From Candidatus Bathyarchaeota archaeon B23 (GTDB taxonomy: Archaea; Thermoproteota; Bathyarchaeia; TCS64; B23): a stretch of DNA of 26,491 nt. Both the position numbers and the translations under genes were made by a program. Location of the stretch: the NCBI GenBank assembly GCA_001593875.1, contig LUCA01000001.1, positions 1 to 26,491 of the forward strand. The letters run 5' to 3'. The notes beneath the pieces were generated by a model, which saw only the letters and a program-made list of their open reading frames with translations, was not told the DNA's origin and did not search any database. Below are positions 17,479 to 24,536 of this stretch, in pieces; the first letter of the stretch is position 1, and each line of letters opens with the position of its first letter.

Positions 17479-18039
17479 ATGAACCCCTCCTTCCGCGATC
17501 TCCTGGGGAGGAGGACCCTGATCCTGGGGGATGTGGGGTCGGGGAAGACGGAGCTGACGAGGAGGCTGCTGATGGAGGCCCTGGAGCTCGGCTATTCGGG
17601 GGAGGTAACCGTCATCGACATGGCTCCAGAGAGGGAGGTGATAGGGGGCATATCCATCGGCGGCCTCCTCCTCGACGCCGTGGGGCGTCGGGGGATCAGA
17701 TATCTCGCCCCCAGCAGGGTTGAGAAGCCGAGGCTTAAGGCCTCCTCGGCGGAGGAGCTGAGGAGGCTGGTTCGCCTCAACGCCGAGAGGATCAGGCCTC
17801 TCCTGGAGGAGTATCTATCGTCGTCGACTCCGATCCTCTTCATCAACGACGTCTCCATCTACCTCCAATCCGGCTCCCTCCACCCCCTTCTGGACGTCGT
17901 GGAGAGGGCTGAGACCTTCATCGCCAACGGATACTATGGGGAGTATCTCGCCGAGGATCGGGGGACGGGGATCTCGGAGGTGGAGAGGAGGCTGATGGAG
18001 CTCCTCTCATCCCACATGGATGTCGTCGTCGCCCTATGA
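17479..18039 (+). CDS. Small P-loop NTPase of unknown function
   Basis: Walker A GDVGSGKT; candidate Walker B-like strands TVIDMAP and LFINDVS; GGAGG ribosome-binding site 10 nt after the thiDN stop. Confidence 0.8.
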   Translation: MNPSFRDLLGRRTLILGDVGSGKTELTRRLLMEALELGYSGEVTVIDMAPEREVIGGISIGGLLLDAVGRRGIRYLAPSRVEKPRLKASSAEELRRLVRLNAERIRPLLEEYLSSSTPILFINDVSIYLQSGSLHPLLDVVERAETFIANGYYGEYLAEDRGTGISEVERRLMELLSSHMDVVVAL

Positions 18040-18046
18040 GAAGATT

Positions 18047-18061
18047 TATAACGCTTTTATA
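18047..18061. promoter_or_regulatory. Candidate ThiR operator TATAA-N5-TTATA overlapping the thiW TATA box
   Basis: Perfect palindrome 17 nt upstream of the thiW ATG. Confidence 0.6.
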
Positions 18062-18078
18062 TCAGATTCTTATGAGCC

Positions 18079-18591
18079 ATGCGGGCAAACCTGAAGCAGA
18101 TCGCCCTCGCCATAGTCCTCATCGCCCTCGGAGTCAGCATCGCCCCCTTCCTATGGTTCCCCGTCCTCGCCTCCAAGGCCTTCCCAGGTCAACATATGAT
18201 AAACGCGATCGCAGGCGTCCTCCTCGGCCCCTCTTGGGCGGCCGTCATCGCCCTCTGCATAGGCCTCATAAGGATGAGCCTCGGCATCGGCACCATCTTC
18301 TCCATACCGGGTGGAATCCCCGGGGGCGTCGTCGTCGGCCTCTTCCACTACCTCCTGAGGAGGCTCGGGGTGAGGTATGGGGAGCTCGCAGCCCTCACCG
18401 AGCCGATTGGAACCGTGTTCATAGGGGGGACCCTCGCCGTCTACCTCTTCGCACCGCTGATAGAGAGGGAGATGCTCCTCATCCCCGTCTGGCTGCTATG
18501 GTCTCTGAGCTGTATACCGGGGGCAGTCATAGGGCTACTCATCCTGGAGGCCCTGAGGGTGGCGGGCTTCACCAGGGAGTCCTTCAGGTGA
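18079..18591 (+). CDS. thiW: ECF S-component ThiW (thiazole uptake)
   Basis: KAFPGQHMINAIAGVLLGP, IRMSLGIGT and EPIGT motifs; thiamine-cluster context. Confidence 0.88.
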   Translation: MRANLKQIALAIVLIALGVSIAPFLWFPVLASKAFPGQHMINAIAGVLLGPSWAAVIALCIGLIRMSLGIGTIFSIPGGIPGGVVVGLFHYLLRRLGVRYGELAALTEPIGTVFIGGTLAVYLFAPLIEREMLLIPVWLLWSLSCIPGAVIGLLILEALRVAGFTRESFR

Positions 18592-19546
18592 CGCCTCGGG
18601 CGAGCTCCTCCACCACCTGGATCGCCTTCTTGGCCACGGTGATGGCCGTCGCCCCGAAGAGATATGAGACCGGCTCGATGCCGTATCCCCCCTTATCCAC
18701 CACCACGTCCGGCAGACGCCTCAGCCTCTCGGCGACCAGTCTGACGCCGAGGGCCGCCAGGGGCCCCCCCTCCCCCTCCTCCATGGGCAGCTCCCCCCTA
18801 TCGAAGCATCCGATGGTCAACCCCATCCATTCGAGGGCCTGATGTATCGCCTCATCGTACTTGATGTTGATGGCGGACCTCACGGAGTCGTCGATCTCCA
18901 TGGCCGCCAGGAGGACCCCCGCCATATGTCTGGAGGAGCCGAACTCGGGCTCCATGAAGGCTCGGGCCCTCCCCCTCACCTCCACGATCCGCCCCGGGAT
19001 GCCGGCGACGTCGTAGATGGTCCTCGCCTCCGGGAGGGCCATCACCAGGTTGACTCGGACCTCGGGCATGATGAGGGGGAAGTCGTCGCAGCGCTCGATG
19101 ATCTCTATCGCCCTCCTCATCTCCTTCAGCACCCTATCCCTCTCCTCGATCCGCTCTCGCTCGGCGGTGAAGAGGCGGAGGCAGATGTCGCAGCCCTCCT
19201 CCCTAAGAAGCGGTATCTCCCCCTTATGGAGAGAGCAGATGGGGCCGCCGGATTTGAGATTGATGCAGAGGCTGCAGACCTCCATGACGACGTCCGACAG
19301 CGCCAGGCCCCCGGTGGCGAGGCCCTCAGCGATCCTCTCAGCGGTTTCCCTCAACCCCTCCAGGTCCAGGTCCATCTCCCCCTTCTCCAGGAGGGAGAGG
19401 TAGGTGCTGACGGCTGGCTGAGTGACCCCGAGGGCCTCGGCGATGCGTTTCTGGGTCCAGCCGTGGCGCTCTATCAGCTCCCTCGCCACCAGGGCCCTCA
19501 GAATCGGTAGGACCCTCCTCACCACCACCTCGCAGGGAGGCCTCAT
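18584..19546 (-). CDS. thiR: ThiR-type regulator: N-terminal HTH fused to a ThiN-like domain
   Basis: MRPPCE..WTQKRIAEALGVTQPAVSTYL HTH, then PEVRVNLV, FGSSRHMA, SAINIKY and GGYGIEP ThiN-like motifs. Confidence 0.85.
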   Translation of the reverse strand: MRPPCEVVVRRVLPILRALVARELIERHGWTQKRIAEALGVTQPAVSTYLSLLEKGEMDLDLEGLRETAERIAEGLATGGLALSDVVMEVCSLCINLKSGGPICSLHKGEIPLLREEGCDICLRLFTAERERIEERDRVLKEMRRAIEIIERCDDFPLIMPEVRVNLVMALPEARTIYDVAGIPGRIVEVRGRARAFMEPEFGSSRHMAGVLLAAMEIDDSVRSAINIKYDEAIHQALEWMGLTIGCFDRGELPMEEGEGGPLAALGVRLVAERLRRLPDVVVDKGGYGIEPVSYLFGATAITVAKKAIQVVEELARGVT

Positions 19547-19669
19547 CGAGATCAACTTTCACCCATCCTTTAAAGAGGATTCCCTCGACGCATCAGAAAG
19601 ATTAAATCTCACCATTTCGAAGGGTATCCCCCTAATTGATGGAGGAGGGGATGAGGGTGGGTGTTCAAG

Positions 19670-20050
19670 ATGGGCATCCATCTGATAGTCGATCTGCTGG
19701 GCGTAGATCCGGAGAGGATCTCCCGTGTTAAGCCCGTCAAAGGGATCCTTGAGAGGGCGGTAGAGGAGTCCGGGCTGAAGAAGATCACCGCCAGCTTTCA
19801 TCAATTTGAGCCCCATGGGGTTTCAGCCGTCTACCTCCTGAGGGAGTCTCACCTCAGCGTCCACACCTGGCCTGAGTATGGCTACGTCGCCCTCGACATC
19901 TTCTCCTGCGGCGACGACGAGAACGCCATGAAGGCCTACGGGATACTGCTGGAGGAGTTCAAGCCCGAGATCGTGGAGAAGAAGGTCTTGAAGAGGGATC
20001 TCTATGAACGCGTTGAGGCGTATCCTGCTCCACGAGCTTGCCGTCTCTAA
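19670..20050 (+). CDS. speD: S-adenosylmethionine decarboxylase proenzyme (SpeD/SpeH type)
   Basis: HLIVDL, FEPHGVS, autocleavage motif ESHLSVHTWPE, DIFSCG. The paralogous arginine decarboxylase activity cannot be excluded. Confidence 0.88.
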   Translation: MGIHLIVDLLGVDPERISRVKPVKGILERAVEESGLKKITASFHQFEPHGVSAVYLLRESHLSVHTWPEYGYVALDIFSCGDDENAMKAYGILLEEFKPEIVEKKVLKRDLYERVEAYPAPRACRL

Positions 20051-21035
20051 GCATAGCCTCTGGGAGCTCCTGGGGCGCTGCCAGTTCCTCCTGCGGGACC
20101 TCCTGGAGGAGCTCAACTCCCTGGTGGAGGAGGGGCTGGTAGCCGCCGATGAGGGGGGCCTATGGCTCACGGAGAGGGGGAGGGCCCTCGTCGATGAGGC
20201 CTATCTGAGGTATAGACCCAGGCTCTGCGAGGCCTGTGGGGGGAGGAGGATCATCCTGGATGACGCCTTCCAGGAGCTCCTACAGGAGTTCAAGGAGGCG
20301 ACCAGGAGGCGGCCTCTCCCCCAGCCGGGGTATTTCCAGGGATATATGCGGGAGCACGACGTCGTCGCCAGGGTCGCCCTGATGCATTATTACGGCGACC
20401 TCTGGGGGCGGGAGGTCATCCTCATAGGGGACGACGACCTCCTCAGCGTCGCCCTCTCGATGACGGGTCTCCCCAAGCGGGTGGTGGTCGTCGACATCGA
20501 TGAGAGGCTCGGCCTCCTCCTCTCGGAGATCGCTGGGGAGAGGGGGCTCGACATCGAGTTCAGGAGATATGATGTGGCTGAGCCGCTTCCCGACGACCTC
20601 ATCGGGGCCTTCGACGTCTTCTCCACCGAGCCGCTGGAGACCTGGCTGGGCCTGAGGGCCTTCATCCTCAGGGGCGTCGGCTGCCTGAGGGAGGGTGGCG
20701 TCGGCTACTTCGGCCTCACCAGGGCTGAGGCGTCGCTGGAGAAGTGGAGGAGGGTTGAGGCGCTGGTCACCAGGATGAACTTCGCCGTAACGGATGTGAT
20801 AGCCGGCTTCTCCTACTACCCCACCAAGTTCGAGGAGGTGGACTATGAGGCCTTCGTCAGGAGGCTCCGCTTCCCCGTCGGCGAGAACCCCGGCGTCGAC
20901 TGGTATAGGTCGACGCTCTTCAGGATAGAGGCCGTGGGGAGGCCCAGGCTCGTCGTGGACCCTGGGAAGAGGTTGAGGCTGACCTACATCGATGAGGAGG
21001 AGGACATCACCCATCCGGCGCTCTACGAGGGCTGA
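20004..21035 (+). CDS. bpsA: Branched-chain polyamine synthase BpsA (DUF43 family)
   Basis: N-terminal HTH plus CxxC; YFQGYM, GDDDLLSVAL and VVVDIDERL aminopropyltransferase motifs; adjacent to speD. Confidence 0.88.
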   Translation: MNALRRILLHELAVSKHSLWELLGRCQFLLRDLLEELNSLVEEGLVAADEGGLWLTERGRALVDEAYLRYRPRLCEACGGRRIILDDAFQELLQEFKEATRRRPLPQPGYFQGYMREHDVVARVALMHYYGDLWGREVILIGDDDLLSVALSMTGLPKRVVVVDIDERLGLLLSEIAGERGLDIEFRRYDVAEPLPDDLIGAFDVFSTEPLETWLGLRAFILRGVGCLREGGVGYFGLTRAEASLEKWRRVEALVTRMNFAVTDVIAGFSYYPTKFEEVDYEAFVRRLRFPVGENPGVDWYRSTLFRIEAVGRPRLVVDPGKRLRLTYIDEEEDITHPALYEG

Positions 21036-21046
21036 TAAGATTTTTT

Positions 21047-21061
21047 TATAAATTCCTTATT
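21047..21061. promoter_or_regulatory. Candidate ThiR operator TATAA-N5-TTATT overlapping the thiT TATA box
   Basis: Third copy of the palindrome, 10 nt upstream of the thiT ATG. Confidence 0.6.
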
Positions 21062-21071
21062 TAACCCTGGG

Positions 21072-21581
21072 ATGGAGCCCTCCAGGGTGAGGCTGCTGGC
21101 TGAGGTCCCCGTCTTCGTCGCCTTAGCCCTCGTCCTCAACTACATCAAGGTCTATCAGCTCCCCTACGGGGGCTCCGTCACCCTCGGGAGCATGGTTCCC
21201 ATACTGCTGCTGGCCTATAGGTGGGGGCTGAGGGTCGGCGTCTTCGGCGGAGCCGTCTTCGGCCTCGTCCAGATGGTGTTGGACGGCTGGGTCTACCATC
21301 CCCTGGGGATGTTCCTGGATTATCCCCTCGCCTTCGGCCTCCTCGGCCTCTCAGCCCTCTCCAGGGATAGGCCCCTCCTAGGCGTCTTCATCGCCCTCAC
21401 GGCCCGCTTCCTCTCCCACTTCCTCAGCGGCGTCCTCTTCTTCTGGATGTACGCCCCGGAGGGGATGAGCCCCCTCCTCTACTCCGCCATCTACAACGGC
21501 AGCTACATCCTCCCGGAGATGGCGATAAGCGCCGTCATCATCTACCTCCTCCACAGGAGAGGCGTCCTCACCCTCCGCTAA
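21072..21581 (+). CDS. thiT: ECF S-component ThiT (thiamine uptake)
   Basis: LPYGGSVTLGSMVPI, LDYPLAF, RFLSHFLSGVLFF and YSAIYNGSY, typical of ThiT/YuaJ. Confidence 0.92.
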   Translation: MEPSRVRLLAEVPVFVALALVLNYIKVYQLPYGGSVTLGSMVPILLLAYRWGLRVGVFGGAVFGLVQMVLDGWVYHPLGMFLDYPLAFGLLGLSALSRDRPLLGVFIALTARFLSHFLSGVLFFWMYAPEGMSPLLYSAIYNGSYILPEMAISAVIIYLLHRRGVLTLR

Positions 21582-21665
21582 CCCTCACCGCCTCCACCGA
21601 AAACGACTTTGCCGCCGCCACCCTTATCTCCCAAGGCCCGAAACCCCTCAGCCGAGGAGCGGGGT

Positions 21666-21707
21666 AGGAGGGGAGTCCATGACCGGGTTTTCGAGAGGCG
21701 AGGCTGA
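21666..21707 (+). repeat. Direct repeat copy A (42 bp), downstream of the tryptophanase gene
   Basis: AGGAGGGGAGTCC-ATGACCGGG-TTTTCGAGAG-GCGA-GGCTGA; 35 of 42 positions identical to copy B by hand alignment. Confidence 0.75.
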
Positions 21708-21720
21708 GGGGCGGGAGAGG

Positions 21721-23112
21721 CTACCCGATCGGCTCGAATCTGGCGAAGAAGTGCCCTAGGATCTCCGGCCAGTAGACCACTCTGAAGCCCTTGTTTAGGC
21801 GGCTCCTCTCCGTAACCCTCCCCATCACTGCGGCGACGTACTCCATATGGGCCTTGGTGAGGGCTCTCCTGGGTATGGCGAACCTCGCGAACTTGAAGCT
21901 CCTCCTCTCCACCTCCCCCCTCTCCAGGTCTACGAAGTCCACTGGGAAGGGGGCTCCAACCATCCTGACGCCCCCCTCAAGGTACATATCTGCGAAGAGG
22001 GCGACCTCCGGGAGCTTCTCATCCGTTAGGTGCGGATAGATCGAATATACGTCCACGAAGACCCCTGATCCACCCGTCGGCCTGCTCACCCTGACGCCGA
22101 GCCTTGAGAAGAGCTCCCCCAGATATTCGACCTGCCTGATCCTCCACTCCAGATACCTCTCGTCAAGCCCCTCCATCAGGCCTACGGCCATCACCTCCAG
22201 ATCCCTCCTGGCCAATCCGCCGTAGGTTGGGAATCCCTCATAGAGGACGAGCCTCTCCCTGCAGCGTTGGGCTAGCTCCTCATCCCCGACGGATACGAAT
22301 CCGCCTATGTTGACTAAGCCGTCCTTCTTACAGCTCATGTAGCATCCGTCGGCGTAGGAGAGGGCCTCCCTGACGATCTCGGCAACCGACTTGTTGTGGT
22401 ATCCGCTCTCCCTCAACTTTATCAGATAGCAGTTCTCGAAGAATCTGCATGCATCTATGTATATCGGTATGTCGTATCTCTCTGCGAGCTCCCTCGTCTC
22501 CTTTATGTTCTCCATCGATATGGGGGATGAGCAGGCGACGTTGTTCACGCCGGTTAGGAGTATGAAGGGTATCCTCTCATGGTGCTCCTTTAGGATGTAC
22601 TCCAATCTGGCTGGGTCGAGGTTTCCCTTGAAGGGGTATTCATGTTCAAAGTCCCAGAGCCACTCCCCTATGAGGTCGATGGGCCTCCCCCCCTTATCCA
22701 CTATATGAGCCCTCGTCGTGTCGAAGTGCGTATTCCCCGGGATGATGTCTCCGGGCTTTATCAGGGAGCCGAAGAGGACGTTCTCCGCAGCCCTACCCTG
22801 ATGGGTGGGGATGACATGCTCAAATCCAGTTATCTCCCTGACGACCCCCTCAAACCTATAGTAGTTCCTCGAGCCCACATAGGCCTCATCACCCCTCATC
22901 ATGGCGGCCCACTGCTCATCGCTCATGGCGGCCGTCCCGCTGTCGGTCAGCAGATCGATGTAGACCTCCTCGGATCTGATCCTGAAGGGCGAGTACCCCG
23001 CCTCCCTCAGAATCCTCTCCCTCTCCCCCCTATCTGGGAGCCTCACATACTCAACCGCCTTAATCCTGAAGGGTGGGGCCAGCGTCTCCCTCATGAGTTC
23101 CTCATCAGACAT
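21721..23112 (-). CDS. tnaA: Tryptophanase / tyrosine phenol-lyase family beta-eliminating lyase (divergent)
   Basis: IDLLTDSGT, GDEAY, THQGRAAE, HFDTTR, PLP-lysine motif MSCKKDGLVNIGG, FPTYGGL. The C-terminal HF matches tryptophanases rather than TPL. ATG 23112 is the likely start. Confidence 0.85.
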   Translation of the reverse strand: MSDEELMRETLAPPFRIKAVEYVRLPDRGERERILREAGYSPFRIRSEEVYIDLLTDSGTAAMSDEQWAAMMRGDEAYVGSRNYYRFEGVVREITGFEHVIPTHQGRAAENVLFGSLIKPGDIIPGNTHFDTTRAHIVDKGGRPIDLIGEWLWDFEHEYPFKGNLDPARLEYILKEHHERIPFILLTGVNNVACSSPISMENIKETRELAERYDIPIYIDACRFFENCYLIKLRESGYHNKSVAEIVREALSYADGCYMSCKKDGLVNIGGFVSVGDEELAQRCRERLVLYEGFPTYGGLARRDLEVMAVGLMEGLDERYLEWRIRQVEYLGELFSRLGVRVSRPTGGSGVFVDVYSIYPHLTDEKLPEVALFADMYLEGGVRMVGAPFPVDFVDLERGEVERRSFKFARFAIPRRALTKAHMEYVAAVMGRVTERSRLNKGFRVVYWPEILGHFFARFEPIG

Positions 23113-23183
23113 AACTCTCAAGATAAGGGTGGTGAATCCTCCTTAAATGTAGCAGGTTGGAGAGGCTGGAGAACCGGTGGAGG

Positions 23184-23224
23184 AGGAGGGGAGTCCCTCA
23201 CCCGTTTTCGAGAGATGCGGCTGA
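23184..23224 (+). repeat. Direct repeat copy B (41 bp), between tRNA-Thr and the tryptophanase promoter
   Basis: AGGAGGGGAGTCC-CTCACCCG-TTTTCGAGAG-ATGC-GGCTGA. Confidence 0.75.
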
Positions 23225-23253
23225 CTCGACGCCCAGGCACCCCTGAAACCAGG

Positions 23254-23329
23254 TGGAGCCCCGGGCGGGACTCGAACCCGCGGCCAACAGCTTACAAGGC
23301 TGCCGCTCTGGCCTCTGAGCTACCGGGGC
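23254..23329 (-). tRNA. tRNA-Thr(UGU), CCA encoded, no intron
   Basis: Acceptor GCCCCGG/CCGGGGC + U + CCA; anticodon arm GCAGC-CTTGTAA-GCTGT; GGGTTCGAGTCCC T-arm; 76 nt. Confidence 0.97.
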
Positions 23330-23394
23330 CTCTAAGATGTTAGGCTGGGCATCTCATATATCTTTAAGGCTCTAGGAGGGTTGGTGTAATCGCC

Positions 23395-23832
23395 TTGGAT
23401 CGTAGGGAGATGGAGGCCCTCCTGGAGAGGGCGATGGTGGGCCGTCTCGGCCTCTGCGTCGACGGCGAGCCCTATGTCGTACCCCTAGGCTTCGTCTACC
23501 ACGGTAGACGAATCTACTTCCACTCCTCTCCCCGGGGGAGGAAGGTAGAGGCCATGAGGCGGGGCCCCAGGGTCTGCTTCGAGGTCGATGAGGCTAGGCG
23601 CTTCCTCCCTGGGCCTACGCCCTGTAAGTTCACGGCGGAGTATGAGAGCGTCATCGCCTATGGACGGGTGCGCTTCCTGGAGGAGGCTGGGGAGAGGCTG
23701 GAGGCCCTGAGGCTGTTGTTGAGGAAATACGGCGCCGTGGAGGGCGCTGAGGCGTTGAGGGAGGAGATGCTCGGCGATGTCCTGGTGGGCGAGATCCTCG
23801 TGGAGGAGATGACGGGGAGGAAGCGCTCCTAA
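23395..23832 (+). CDS. Pyridoxamine 5'-phosphate oxidase-like FMN-binding protein (NimA-like)
   Basis: VGRLGL..GEPYVVPLGF..IYFHSSPRGRK..PRVCFEVD..YESVIAYG..GRKR. Confidence 0.88.
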   Translation: MDRREMEALLERAMVGRLGLCVDGEPYVVPLGFVYHGRRIYFHSSPRGRKVEAMRRGPRVCFEVDEARRFLPGPTPCKFTAEYESVIAYGRVRFLEEAGERLEALRLLLRKYGAVEGAEALREEMLGDVLVGEILVEEMTGRKRS

Positions 23833-23879
23833 CTATTAAAATAACCTCGAGGAAGAAGTCTCTCTTTGAGGGGGTTTTA

Positions 23880-24536
23880 ATGGAGAAGGAGGAGCTGCTC
23901 AGGAGGATGGAGGAGGCCGTCAAGGCCTATGATGATGAGGAGGCTAGGAGGCTGGCGGAGGAGGCCGTCGGGATGGGCCTAGACCCCGTAGAGGCCCTGG
24001 AGGAGGGCTTGGCGAAGGGGTTGAGGGAGGTGGGAGACCGCTTCGGACGGGGTGAGGCCTTCATCACCGAGCTCATCGCAGCGGCCCAGGCGATGGAGGC
24101 CGGGGCCGAGATACTAAACAGGGAGATAGAGCGGAGGGGCGCCGCCCGGGAGGCCCTAGGCCGCTTCCTCATAGGGACCGTCGAGGGAGACATCCACAGC
24201 ATAGGGAAGAACATCGTCGCCACGATGCTGAAGGCCGCCGGCTTCGAGGTCGTCGACATCGGCGTCGATGTCCCCACGGAGGCCTTCGTGGAGAAGGTGA
24301 GGGAGCTGAAGCCCGACATCCTAGGCCTCAGCGCCCTCATGACGACGACGATGGTGAAGCAGAAGGAGGTCGTCGAAGCCCTAAAGACGGCGGGCCTCAG
24401 GGATCAGGTGAAGATCATCATCGGCGGAGCCCCAGTCACCCCCGACTGGGCTAGGGAGATCGAAGCCGACGCCGTCGGCCTCGACGCAGCCAGCGCCGTG
24501 GAGGCGGCGCTGCGCCTGATAGGTGCGAAGAGATGA
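23880..24536 (+). CDS. Methyltransferase cognate corrinoid protein (MttC/MtbC-like)
   Basis: Cap domain GLREVGDRFGRGEAFITEL; B12-binding DIHSIGKNIV, SALMTTTM, IIGGAPVT. Confidence 0.93.
   Translation: MEKEELLRRMEEAVKAYDDEEARRLAEEAVGMGLDPVEALEEGLAKGLREVGDRFGRGEAFITELIAAAQAMEAGAEILNREIERRGAAREALGRFLIGTVEGDIHSIGKNIVATMLKAAGFEVVDIGVDVPTEAFVEKVRELKPDILGLSALMTTTMVKQKEVVEALKTAGLRDQVKIIIGGAPVTPDWAREIEADAVGLDAASAVEAALRLIGAKR

Noticed and set aside
14787-19597. Identical 11-mer GACGCATCAGA at 14787-14797 and 19587-19597
   Set aside because: It is non-palindromic, and about one such match is expected by chance among all intergenic pairs in the window.
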